From assembly GCA_951406725.2 (NCBI GenBank), contig OX597820.1, positions 45,570,001 through 45,634,000 of the forward strand: DNA of 64,000 nucleotides. The letters run 5' to 3'. The notes under the pieces are model-generated. The model searched no databases, was not told the origin of the DNA, and saw nothing but the letters and a program-made list of their open reading frames with translations. A program made the position numbers and the translations under genes. The DNA is from Octopus vulgaris. Taxonomy: Eukaryota. Below, piece by piece: positions 51,562-64,000 of this stretch. Each line of letters begins with the position of its first letter. Positions within the stretch are counted from its first letter, which is position 1.

Positions 51562-52002
51562 TATATGCATATATATATTATTTATATATGTATGTGTATA
51601 TGTGCGTGTGTGTGTGTATATATATGTGCGTGTGTGTATATATATATGTGCGTGTGTGTATATATATATGTGCGTGTGTGTGTATATATGTGCGTGTGTG
51701 TGTATATATGTGCGTGTGTGTGTATATATGTGCGTGTGTGTGTATATATGTGCGTGTGTGTGTATATATGTGCGTGTGTGTATATATATGTGCGTGTGTA
51801 TATATATGTGCGTGTGAATATATATGTGCGTGTGAATATATATGTGCGTGTGAATATATATGTGCGTGTGAATATATATGTGCGTGTGAATATATATGTG
51901 CATGTGAATATATATGTGCGTGTGTATATATATGTGTGTGTTTGCATATATATGTGCATGTGTGTGTATATGTGCATGTGTATATATATGTGCGCGTGTG
52001 TG

Positions 52003-52039
<37 letters not shown>

Positions 52040-52050
52040 ATATACATATA
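51562..52050. repeat. Microsatellite-derived 18-20-bp minisatellite
   Basis: (tgcgtgtgtgtgtatatatg)n grading into (tgtgcgtgtgaatatata)n. Confidence 0.95.
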
Positions 52051-52358
52051 CAGGCCTCACAGAGGCAATGACTGAGACCTTTGGTATTATGCCATGCTTG
52101 AGAAGAAGACACATCAAGCCAAGTAAAATTGCAGTTGTGGCAGCTACCAGTGTCATACAAATTGCACCTGTGCCAGTGGCAAGTAAAAGCACCCATTACA
52201 CTCTCTGAGTAGTTGACATTAGAAAGGGCATCCAGCTGTAGAAATCATGCCAAATCAGACTGGAGTCTGGTGCAGCCTTTCAGCTTGCCAGCCCTGCTCA
52301 AACCATCCATTTTCCATGCTGGCATGGACAACGGACGCTAAATGATGATGATGATGAT
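52051..52358 (+). mobile_element. RTE 3' end fragment
   Basis: GLTEAMT...-like ORF end, agggcatccagctgtagaa UTR motif, (GAT)n tail. Confidence 0.85.
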
Positions 52359-52705
52359 AGTGAAGGACTAACTTCTCAAACGTTAAAACTCTTTTTATTC
52401 CCATTATAGTGTTAGCTAATACTGTATATGTTACACCTTGTTCCTCCTGTGTTGCTTTTTATTGTTCATTACATTTACTCTATACACACACACACACACA
52501 CACAAATAAGCATGAAATTGCTAGTAAACTAAACATGCACTGTATAATGGACTCAATACAGGTATTAGTATGAAAACAGTATTTATCATCAATGGTGACT
52601 GTTTATTTTGAAGATTTGCCAACACTAGCTTCTCAAAGCAGAACCACACAGCTATTCTGAGAACCCAATATCAGCAAAACTTCAAAGTAAACAGTCACTA
52701 TTGAT

Positions 52706-52740
<35 letters not shown>

Positions 52741-52742
<2 letters not shown>

Positions 52743-53180
52743 TGGCTACCCGCATGGTTCTTGGTCTCAAGAATTTGTCTTATGAAGAAAGGCTAAAGAC
52801 GCTCGACCTTTATTCTCTGGAAAAATGACGACGACGTGGTGATCTCATTCTTGCTCACAACATCATAAGCGGAAAGTGTAACCTCTTTGAAAGAGCTGTT
52901 CTTCACTCCCGCTCCAGAGCGTCGGCTGCGGGGTCACTCCGAAAAGCTCTATCTGCGACGATTTCATCTCAATCGAAGGAGAGCGGCTTTCTCTGTCCGA
53001 GTTGCGGATTCGTGGAATAAGCTGCCAGACGAGATGGTGAAGATGCCGACGACCGCTCGGTTCAAAGTCTCCCTTGACCACAAGTGGCCTGAACTCTTTA
53101 CATGAACACCACCCTGTACATAACTCCATGTCCCCCCACATGGCCTTGCTTTTTGCTTTTTGAGCCAAAAAATTAACTAA
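52741..53180 (+). mobile_element. CR1 3' fragment (different subfamily)
   Basis: ATRMVLGLKNLSYEERLKTLDLYSLEK*RRRGDLI...RLRGHSEKL...FSVRVADSWNKLP. Confidence 0.9.
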
Positions 53181-53288
53181 CACACACACACACGCAGTTA
53201 AGAAGTATGGTTTGTATCCATATTCTTCTGTGTTCAATCCTACAGACAGGATCTCAAGCAGAAAGTTTGAATCAACAAATGCCTAGCG

Positions 53289-53501
53289 CAGTGACTCTCA
53301 ACCATTTTTTGCCTGTAGACTCCCTTGATTCTTAGTACCATTACATTTATATGATCAAATTTTATTGGGAATTGTATAAAAAAAATCTATTAAAATGCTT
53401 TGTGTATTATACAAGTATAACCTATATAATGCACATAAATCTAACAGCAAATATTTATGTGGACCCCCAATGGCCATGTAGACCCTGGTTGAGAACCACT
53501 G
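53289..53501. mobile_element. hAT-type MITE
   Basis: TIRs cagtgactctcaacc / ggttgagaaccactg. Degenerate 8-bp TSD gcctagcg / gcttagtg. Confidence 0.8.
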
Positions 53502-54396
53502 GCTTAGTGAGTGGATTTTTAGAAGACAGAAGCCTTGCATGTATTTCATTACCAACACAATCATTTTTTTATGTCTACTTTTTCTTGCTGGCAGAATAAG
53601 TTGGACAGCTTAACTGATACAGTTTTTTTCTTTTTTCTCACAACTAGATGCAGGCATAGCAGTGTGGTTAAGAAACTTGTTTCCCAACCATTTGGTCTTG
53701 GGTTCAGTCCCATTACATGTCTCCTTGAGTAGGTGTTTTCTACCAGAGCTCAGGCTTAAGCAAAGCCTTACAAGTGGATTTGGTAGACAGAATCTAAAAG
53801 AAGCCTATCATTTGTGTGTGTGACTCTTGTCTAGACGTCACACTATGGCTGTAAACGAGCATCATTGGCATACAAGCATCATCAACATCCTTTTTCCATG
53901 CTGGCAGGGGTTGGATAGTTTGACCAGAGCTAGCAAGGAGAGCTGCATCAGGTTCCAGTCTGATTTGGCTTGGTTTCTGTGTCTGGATGCCCTTCCTAAT
54001 GCCAACCACTTTACAGTGCATGCTGGATGCTTTTAACATGATGCCAGTACATTTCCTGTCTTTCATAAAATACATGTCTAGCTGTAGAAAAATATTACCT
54101 TGCTTAGATGCTTAGAAACAGATGAAGGTTGGCTAGAGGGAGGGCATCCAACTGTAGAAAATAACCAACAAATTCCATGTGAAGCATGCAAGCATGGTAA
54201 GGTAGACATTAAATGATGATGATAATGGAATGTCCTTCTTGTCAACAAACCTTTTATTTGCCTAAGATATGCAGTGGTATGGTATACCAGTTTTAAAAAT
54301 GGGATACATACAGTATACATGTGTGTGTGTGAGAGAGAGAAAAACAATGAGTGAATGAGTGTATGCATGTCTGTCTATATATATACCAGTATATAC

Positions 54397-54542
54397 CAGT
54401 GCTCCGCAACTGGTGTGCCGCAGCGTAACCTGAATATAATTTTTGCCCAATACTTTCAGTTATATTTTTAGTTCAGGTCTGCCGCCGAATTTTGAAAATA
54501 ATATAAGTGTACTGCAAGTTAAAAAAAAGTTGTGGAGCACTA
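54397..54542. mobile_element. hAT-type MITE
   Basis: TIRs cagtgctccgcaact / agttgtggagcacta. Exact 8-bp TSD gtatatac. Confidence 0.85.
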
Positions 54543-55861
54543 GTATATACCAATAGTAAACATAAATTCAGATTTATCAAATAAGGACAAAACTAAGAAA
54601 AATACTGGGGAGCAGGTGGGAGTTGATAAGATTGATTAAGACACTAGAAGGGAATCCCAACATGACTGCAGTCCAATGACTGGAATCAGTAACAAAAAAA
54701 AAAATAATAATAATAATGAATAAATAAAATGCACATAAAAATAAGATCTCATCAATAAATAAAATATTTCAACATGTGAAAAAAAAAAATTAAAAAAGCA
54801 AAAAACAACAAATATGTCATACAAATAATAAGTAATAGTAATAATAATAATGTCTTAATAAGGCTAACCTCGTTCTGCAGGTTCCATAATATGGCTTTCC
54901 TTGTGTTTTCATAAAGTCAAGCAAGATTATCAAAAGTCATGCAGCTACAGCCAAGACAGCTGGTTAGAATGGTAGCATGATGCAGCACAAGTTAGAAAGA
55001 ACAACTGGAAATATGACCAACATCAAAAGGCCATAGGCTAGACAACCCTAAGAACGACACGGTCAAAAGAGAACAGACAACCCCATCATTAAAATTCTAT
55101 GGTGACTGAGATCAGTTAAGTGAACACATGCACATTATACATACGTACAAACATACATACATACATGTGTATATATTTTATACATATATGAGTGTGTATG
55201 TGTAAATATATATATAGTGTGTGTGCGTGTGTATGTATTTATATAGTTATGTATGTTTGATTATGGACATGAGTGTGTGTCTGTTACGAGAGTGAGTGTA
55301 ACTGTGTGAGTATGTGCTAGTATGTGTATTTATGTAGATGAGAGTATGTTTGTGTACGTGAGTGTGTGTATGTGTGAGAGAGAGAGAGCGAGAGAGAAAC
55401 AGAGACTGTATATTCGCATGTACGTAACTGTATGTGTGTATGTGTGTGTGTGTGTGTGTGCGCGTGTGTGTGTGTGTAATTATGAAATAGTAACAAAACA
55501 GCAGAAAAGTGAGAGACAGAGTAGAGGAGCAAGTAAGCAAATCGTACAGCGAGGTAATTCACGTTGCTGTTAGAGACAAAGTTAGGAGTTTAGTTTTCAA
55601 ATACAACACAGTAATTTCGGTGATTAATTATTAAAAAAGAAAAACAGCAAAAAGAGGGAAAAAAAATAAAGAAAGAAATAAAACAGAGAAGAAAATAATC
55701 AAACAAGGTAATCAGTGTGAAGGATAAACCACCATTACTGCACAACATCAATGCGATTAACAAAGTCTTTCAAAACAGGTCAACAATGAATATATTAGGA
55801 ACTACTCATACACATTAGTTAGAGTGCTTTCAATATTTCAATTCAATAGAAAAAAAAAGTT

Positions 55862-55914
<53 letters not shown>

Positions 55915-58574
55915 ACCAAGTCACTGCAAATGTACATACTCAAGGCTCACAGTATCGCATTCTGTTGTGCAGTGAAAGCTGGCTATGAAAATGTAAGACT
56001 ATTTGGGCATTAGTAATAATGAATATAAAAACCTATTTAGTTGACATAAATAAAGTGGCTGTCATTGTAAAAAGAAGAGAAAAAAAAAGAAAGAAAAAGT
56101 GATGAAAGCAATGTAATTAGAAATGCTGCCTCACACTCAGGTCAAGTTATTTAGAGACTGGAAGCAGTATCCGGAGGAGGGGGGGGTCTAATCAACAGAA
56201 TAATAATAATAATGATAATTATCCTTCTACTAAAAAGCCATAAAGCCTGAAATTTTGGGGGAGGAGCTAGTTGATTACATCAACCCCAGTGCGTAACTGG
56301 TACTTATTTCATAGACCTTGGCAGAATTTGAACTCAGAACATCAAAATGAACAAAATGCTGCTAAGCAATTTCCCAGTGTGCTAACAATTCAGCTAGTGT
56401 AATGCCTTAATGATGATAATAATAATAATAATAATTATCCTGTCTATTATAAGCACAAAGCCTGAAACTTTGGGAGTGGGGAATAGTCAATTACATCAAC
56501 CACAGTGTTTCACTGGTACTTAATTTATCGACCCTGAAAGGATAAAAGGCAAAGCTGACCTCAGTGGAATTTGAACTCAGAATGTAGGCACGGACGAAAT
56601 GCCATCTACTAAAGGCACAAGGCCAAAGTTAGACTGGATCCTGGTACAGCTTTCTGGCTGTTTTAGTCAAACTCTAACCCATATCAGCATGGAAAGCAGA
56701 CATTGAATAACGATGATGAAGAAGAACTTTATTTGAAACACCAAAATTCTCATCTTCCTATGACATATGACCCTTTAGCATTTAAACCAACCATACCTGG
56801 CCAAAACATTGTACCTCTTTTATGTTCAGAACAGGCCTCTCACAAGTACCCTATGATGTCATTATAAAAATACACAATCACATAAAAATCTTAAAGCTAT
56901 GAGATAATGAATGATAAATTTAAAACAATGCGAATAAATAAGCATTACATTTGACAGAGTAATCTGAATGCTAAGGGGATAAACTAACCCAAATCACTAA
57001 CTTTACTCAATGATTTTTGCTGACACAGATTACAACTGGTTTTCTCAGAATGCAGTTTTTATTTCTTATTTATCAACTTCGTCTGGTACTCAATAGTTTA
57101 CCTCTCTATTGCCCCATTCAACAAAAATTTGTGAATGAAGCGTAAGGCCACAAACCATTGTCAGTAATGAAAACAAAATCTAGTGCCTGTTTTTAACAAG
57201 TCCAGAAGAGCAAAAGATTAAAAATTGCATAGATGAAATGGATTACATAAGGCATTTTTCTGGCATAGCCATCCACTGGCCTCTTCAACAACAAAAACAG
57301 TCAGACAATTGAGAAGCCTCTTGTCACTCAACCATCAAAAATTAGCAGCCAAATCTCTTAAATGACACACTACTATCTTCATTAAAGAAATAAAGAAAAC
57401 CCATATTAAATAATGCAGTCCTAGATATTTTGTTAAAGTTGGGATGGTCATGACTGGAATCCTCATCACCATAAGTAACTCTGCCCTGTAAGTTTGACTA
57501 GGTGCTAAAGTAACAACAATGATGATGATGGTGGTCTCTAAGTGTGGTAGCATAACACAGACTTATATGGAAAGACTATAATTAATTGAATCAGCTCAGT
57601 GCATTACTGGTACATAATTTATCGATACAAAGTGTGACTTAATTCTGTGAAATATGTAATTCATAGAGACAGGTGAAATAATCCTTTCTACTATAGGCAC
57701 AAGGTCTAAACATTTTTTTTTGGGGGGGGGGGGGAGATTAGTTGATTACATCAACCCTAGTGCTCAGCTGGTACTTATTTCATCAATCCTAGTGCTCAAC
57801 TGGTACTTATTTCATTAACTCCATAAAGATGAAAGGCAAAGTCCTTGGCAGAATTTGAACACAGACACAAAGATGGATGAAATGCCACTGAATATTTTGT
57901 CCAGCAAGCTAACGATTCTGCCAGCTCTTCAACTTCAGAGATCAATGAAATAATGAAAGGGAGAGATGAAAAGTGAAGATAATACTCTACAAACTGAACA
58001 TGCTAAAGATAGCAACTAAATTTCCTTCAAATGCACACTATCATTATCATAACCACCAATTTTCATTGTTATTTTTTTCCATGCTGGCATGGGTTAGATA
58101 GGTTTTCTGACACAGTGTTTTTCTAGGCTGATACCATTCCAGTTCCAAATCATTTTAATCACTTTATATGAAAAAACAGGGAGACCTGTGTATCTAGTGT
58201 AAAACTGGGAGATATATATGATAAACATCTATCTCAAAAAAATAATAAATATTGATACATTGGATATGTAGACTTGGATATAAAAAACAAGGGGTGGTCA
58301 GAGCTAGAACATAGGATTCCTTAATCAACTACAAGTATCAGCTGGCATTGACTTGAAAATTCATAAATGTGGTGTACAGCATGTGATGACAACATGGGTG
58401 GTAGTGATAGAGAGAAAGAAGACAAAAATATTTAAACAGGGTAAAGGGTATGACTATGGGATTGCACCAAGAAAGTTACCCTCCAAGGCATAAATCTAAG
58501 TAAGGTTGCTTATGAAAGACTAGCAGTCACACATGCAAACCAGCCATCCTGCTTCATGCTGTTATATGTACATA

Positions 58575-58904
58575 AGGTAATCGGTAAAGACCCCCTTCAG
58601 TCATGAATGACCATGGGTCGCACTTAGAAGGTTACCCTCCAGGGCACAAGTCTGAGCAAGGTTGTTTACAGAAGGCCAGCAGTCATGCATACCGATCTCC
58701 CTTCTCCATGACATCGCTGTCATCCAAGGGAAAGACAAGGGCCAATACAATTTGGTACCAGTGATGCTGCAACTCCTTTCTACAGCTAAATGGACTGGAA
58801 CAACGTGAAATAAAGTATCTTGCTCAAGTGCACAACACACAGCCCAGGAATCGAACTCACTACCTCATGACTGGCGTTCTAACCACTGAGCCATGTGCCT
58901 TCAC
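58575..58904 (-). mobile_element. Third tRNA-SINE family
   Basis: Head gtgaaggcacatggctcagtggttagaacg..gagttcgattcc. Related pieces at 46860-46918, 48280-48450 and 58438-58560. Confidence 0.85.
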
Positions 58905-59662
58905 ATTACTTAAACATTACTGTCTCAATGTATCAACATGATAGGCTGCATACCCTCCTTACACGGCTGTCCCCCAAATACAGCAGGAGTAATTTGCAGA
59001 AACACTCATCATATACATTAACATCAAGTAGAAAACTACTAAGGATAATAAAATAATATTTAAAATAACACAGAGAAAATAGAATAATAACAGTATTATT
59101 AATTATAGCAGAAACTAATCTTTATATAAACAGAACACATCCAGGTGATCTCTGTTCAATTAATGAAATAAACTAAGGAAGTAGTGACTATTTAGTTGTT
59201 TAACCAGTTCACTCCAGCGGTGAAATATCTCCTCAAAGATAGCATTGTTTCTAAAATGGTGACCATTTGTTTAAGTCTTAAATACTGGAACAATATGGAC
59301 CATAAAAAAATTTCTTTAAACACCCACCGCACAAAAGGTGATCAATTCAATTCATTTCATCCAAAACACAGGTCAATCTGAGTCAGAATGAGACAACATG
59401 GATGCTGGTGATTTGACACAGGTGATTGGAGATTGAACCTGTTTTGGTGACTAATTTTTGGTACTGGAGACAGACACACACACACACATACATACATACA
59501 TACATACATACATACAGAAATATATACACAGACAGAATGAGTGAGAAAGAGACACAAGTTGTTAATTGAACATGACTGGCATAAACACTTTCCCTCTTCT
59601 CAGACCCATAGAAAGCTATATATGCTTACACATAATAAACAAAGTTCTCATATCCAGTTTAA

Positions 59663-59879
59663 TTAACCCTTTAGCATTCAAACCAGTCATATCCGGCAAA
59701 AATATTTAACCTGTTTTTGTGTTGAAACTGGTTAGATCCGGCCTCTCACCTCAACACTACAATGTCATTTTAAAACTAAACAATCACATCATCAAAATCT
59801 CTAAACAAGATAATGCATGATTAATTTAAAACAATATAAACAAACAAACATTACATTTGATAGAATACTAAAGGGTTAA
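59663..59879. mobile_element. piggyBac-type MITE, same family
   Basis: ttaaccctttagcattca ... gaatactaaagggttaa. Confidence 0.9.
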
Positions 59880-60787
59880 ACTGAGATGATCAGGACTGCT
59901 AAACAAGTAACAATTCAAGTCACTAATATTTTGAGTTGGACAAGCTTCTTCCCCTCTACCCAGTTACCTGAACCCAATACTATACAATGGCTAGCCTGTT
60001 CTGCATAATTTTATTTCCTTGTTTTATACATCGGTTATACATAACCAAAGGACCTAAATAGTGCTGTCAATGAACACAGAAAATTCTAGAAAGACACAGT
60101 AGAAGCTTGATAACTTTCTAAATTTTGTTAAATATATTTTTAACTGACCAATATTAAAACAAAAACCTTATCTAGTAACAAAGGGCCTTAGAATAATGAG
60201 TTATATAGTCAGAATTCTATCTGAAAATGCCATATTTTGATGCTATGAAGGACTTCAAACTGGAACTCAAAATCCTTGAACAGATTACATAAGATGCCAT
60301 AAATAATAAGAAAATAAATCTATATAAGAATATATTTCTAACTTTAAAACAATTTCAGCATTATAATCTCTAGAGATAGCATCAACCCTAGTTGCATCTC
60401 AGTTTTGAAGTAATTAGGAATTAGATCAGTCAGAACCCTGCATTTTCTCTCCGTTGTTTATGACTAAAGTAAAAAATATGCAGATCTATGAAAATTGTTT
60501 CAAGGCAACGCTACATATATCTTTAAACAGAAAATCTAATAAGATCAAATATAACAGAAACTTTAAATTCTCTAAGACAATACATAACACATAAATTTGA
60601 ACACAATTTCACTTCATGAATTATCCCCCATCATCATCTACTTTTCCATGCCCAGTTTACTGGGACATTTTCTACAGTTGGATGCCCTTCCTGTCACCAA
60701 CCCATACTTGCTTCCAAGCTAGGTAATATTTCTCCCATGTCCAGACGTTTTCACAGACTATTGAAAATAAATAATACCCATTTACAA

Positions 60788-61129
60788 CAATGGTTCTCAA
60801 TTGGGGTCCATATAAGATTGGATGGGGGGAGTCCATGCAACAAAATAGTAAATTGGGGATCCACAATAGTATTTCAAGGGCCCCTGAAAATATTTTGTTT
60901 TAGATGTATGTATTGGCATGTATTGCAAGAAACAACTAGGTTACTTTCTCTAACATTTTACATGGTTCAACCTACAGAAGTTAATGTGTGGAAAACAAAA
61001 TAGGAATTTTGAAAGAAGCACTTATAAAGTTAGTTTTTATACATTGAATGACTGGGGAAGGGGGGGGGGGGACCAGAATAAAATAGTAATCAAAAGGATC
61101 CATAGATAAAAAATGGTTGAGAAATCCTG
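60788..61129. mobile_element. hAT-type MITE, related to 53289-53501
   Basis: caatggttctcaa ... ttgagaaatcctg. 8-bp TSD atttacaa / atttacta. Confidence 0.8.
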
Positions 61130-62290
61130 ATTTACTACAATCATGTGATATCACAACAAGGATATGCAAACATACACACACTCACACATACATACATACA
61201 CGACAGATTTCTTTCATTTTCTGTCTATGAAATCCAGTCACAAGGCTTTGGTCAGCCCAGGGATATACTATAACAGAAGAAACTCATCCAAAGTACAACA
61301 CAGTGGGACTGAACCTGGAACCTGTCATTGGGAAGCATGTTTCTTAACCACATAGTCACATCTGCACTTACCAAACTCATAAAATAAAATTGAAAATTTA
61401 ATATCAATAGGGGACGTGATATTCTTTCAGGCACTCCTAAATTATGAAGCAAACTTTAAGCTCGTTTTCTGCGGTGGAGTGGTAAGAGTGGAGAATATCT
61501 TGTTATCCATATTTTTCTATTCAAACAATTCAAACACCAACACTATGGCTATCAGGATGCATAATTTAACAGCAACAACAACAACAGCACTTATCACAGA
61601 TATTGTTGCTGCAATACAATAACTCCATTAATCCAACATTAACATTTCAACACATGCTTAGAAAATATGCACACACACACACACACATACATATATATAC
61701 ATATATATAATGACTCTCTACTTATGGCACAAGACTAATTGATAAATGCAAGTAATGTGAAGGTTTCCTAAACCTGCAAGAGACACTCGTGGGCCAGAGT
61801 TTAGTTGGTTCATTTTATACATAATTAAGTAGGTGAGAAAGAAATCAACCCATTCCCCTTCAGATAGCATTCTCAAACAATCAGTACTTATTCACACTAA
61901 CCAGAGAGACTGAGCTGAGTAGAATTCACATTTCAGGTAAACAAACTCAAATGTGTAGTTCTCATTAGCACTTCACTTATGGAAAAGGTTCACCAAATTA
62001 AGCCGAGTATATTAGTTATGTAATACCGAAACACTAGAGTGTCACCCCACCATATGATGAGTAACTGTGGAAGGATACTTTAACCACCAAATGTAATGTC
62101 AAGAAATATGGCATACACGCAATAATTATAATTTGATTTCCATGAAATTTCTTGGTGCTTGTACAAAATCATGAAATGAATACTAATTTCTAAAAGAAAA
62201 ATATTACCTTAAGATCAATATGTGTGAGTGTGTGCATGTAAGTACATATGTGTATGCATATAAGTATATACATGTGTATGTATGTAAATA

Positions 62291-62673
62291 TCTCTCTCTA
62301 TATAAACGGCAGTTTGTCTGTGCGTTTTCTGTGTGTCTGTTTTCTCGTACCCTCACTCTGACCACGGCTTTCAACCGATTCTGATGAAACTTGACACACA
62401 CATAGCCCAATGTCATAATTCAAAACTAACGCAGCGAAAATTTTGAAAAGTTCCCCCAGTTCTGAAAAAAATCGATAAATTCGACATGGGGTCGAGAATC
62501 AGAAACCCAAACCACAGACCGTCTAGGGGACGCAACTCCACCTTTTTTAACTCTCAAAAAACATTTACCATCATTTTTTTCCATTTTTTTCCTATTTTTT
62601 GGCTATAACTCTCTAAAAATGCTTTATAGTTATTTCCCTTACAAACCTGAGCAACGCCGGGTGATACTGCTAG
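62291..62673 (+). mobile_element. Non-autonomous Helitron
   Basis: A|TC 5' end, GTCT-like subterminal repeats, 3' hairpin cctgagcaacgccggg and CTAG|T terminus, no TSD. Confidence 0.85.
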
Positions 62674-62711
62674 TATATATATATATGTATGTATGTATGT
62701 ATGTGTGTGTG

Positions 62712-62757
<46 letters not shown>

Positions 62758-63353
62758 TCTGAGTATGCATCTGTTTCTTCCCTACTGTTTCTATCCTCTA
62801 CTTATCACCTTCCCCTTCACTTTCTCTCATCTACATATCACTTTTTGCCCTTACTTCCACCCTCCTCTCATCCTATTACCCCCTCTACTTTGTTTCATAA
62901 TGTTTATTTCTACTACATTTTTTATGCTTTATTACACTGTTCTGAGCTGTTATGCCTATCCACTCCTCTCACTTTCTCTCTAAATAATCAGCTATTTACC
63001 CCTTTTCTCCTGTGTATGCAAGTGTAGCATTCTTACTTATTACCTGTCATCAAGCCTTCTACTTCACCCCTTGTATTAATTCTCTGTATTCCACTTTTAC
63101 TTATACTCTCTCTCTCTTCAACATAACATTTGATTGAAGAAATCAACCAACCAGCCTTTAAATCAGCTCCTATTATATAGAGATAAAGCACAAGAATGAG
63201 TGTGTGGTTATGAAGTTCAGTGTGGAATCTCGTGGCTTGGAGTTTGCTACCACAGCAGGGATGCTGTCAGCTCAACTCAAGTCAGTGATGCTGACTGTTT
63301 TTTTAGCTTAAGCTACAGCTTTGAATCTGCCCAGGATTATCTCTCTTCAGTAT

Positions 63354-63398
63354 TTCCCATTGAGGAAAACTAAAGAGCCAGGAACACATGTTTGGGAA
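63354..63398 (+). ncRNA. Degenerate hammerhead, paralog of 63678-63722
   Basis: ttccca tTGAGGA a aact-aaag-agcc a GgAAC acat GTT tgggaa. Two core substitutions and a broken stem II; lies exactly 324 bp upstream. Confidence 0.6.
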
Positions 63399-63677
63399 TC
63401 AACTAGAGGGAAGCACTGGGCAGATATGTTGTTTTTTTTCACCTTTAAGCTTAAGAGAGAATTTTCTCTCCATGGTAAATTTGCCTTTAGAAGTTAAAAA
63501 ATATATCACAAACATAATTTTTACTAAGCTAAAGTTTGTTTATTTTTAATCACAGTTTGGTGCTGATGCTGCTATTTTTATCCTGACCAGGCAGCCCACT
63601 AGCACAACACTGATGTTGCCTGTCTTTTAGTTAAAGCTACAGGTTAGAATCTGCCTGGGATTATCTCTCTTCAGTAC

Positions 63678-63722
63678 TTCCCACTGAGGAAGGCTAAAGA
63701 GCCAGAAATGCACATCTGGGAA
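63678..63722 (+). ncRNA. Minimal type-I hammerhead ribozyme, core intact
   Basis: ttccca CTGAGGA a ggct-aaag-agcc a GAAAT gcac ATC^ tgggaa: 6-bp stem I, 4-bp stem II, AUC cleavage triplet. Confidence 0.75.
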
Positions 63723-64000
63723 TCCACTAGACGGAAGCACTGGACAGATACGGTGTTTTAACACTTTTTACCAAAAGAGAGAAATTTTTCTCCATGATAA
63801 CTGCAATGAATTTGCATTTAGGAGTTAAAATGTCACAAACATATTTCAACTAACCTAAAGTTTGTGTGTGTGTCTGTGTGTGTGCATAGATGCGCACACA
63901 TGCATGCATGCATGACTGAGTATGTTTTCCTCTTGCTTGACCCAACCAAGCATGGAAAAGACATTAAATCAAAGATGTTGGTGATTCCATGAGGATGGTA

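Larger units (their letters stand above)
63285..63865 (+). repeat. Diverged tandem dimer with 324-bp period, one hammerhead per unit
   Basis: Shared blocks gaatctgcc..ggattatctctcttcagta, actaga.ggaagcactgg.cagata, ctaa.ctaaagtttgt. Confidence 0.85.

Noticed and set aside
62378-62395. ctgatgaaac as a hammerhead core
   Set aside because: No stem II between the boxes. It lies in the Helitron body.

Overview
AT-rich, repeat-dense eukaryotic DNA. The RTE 3' ends with (GAT)n tails, the tRNA-SINE families and the dense TA/CA microsatellites look like an Octopus genome (my inference). The only host coding sequence I can support is the first coding exon of a stearoyl-CoA (delta-9) desaturase-like gene on the minus strand (17737-17959, with splice sites). 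Everything else is intronic or intergenic. Retroelements include a young 5'-truncated RTE LINE (5679-9170) with a PHD-like finger inside its RT, a second RTE 3' end fused to a 5.2-kb repeat block ending in about 14.7 copies of a 305-bp monomer, CR1 and RTE fragments and many SINEs. DNA elements include piggyBac and Tc1/mariner fossils, MITEs and a Helitron. The most interesting signal is a set of minimal type-I hammerhead ribozyme motifs from at least three unrelated sequence families. One intact motif (5447-5489) sits in the loop of a perfect 100-bp inverted repeat that ends at the predicted cleavage site. A retrozyme-like 324-bp tandem dimer carries one motif per unit (63354-63398, 63678-63722). 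A Penelope-like pseudo-LTR carries a tRNA-like Pol III module upstream of its hammerhead (20695-21146 and 24231-24615). All calls were made by eye, with no database search or folding run.
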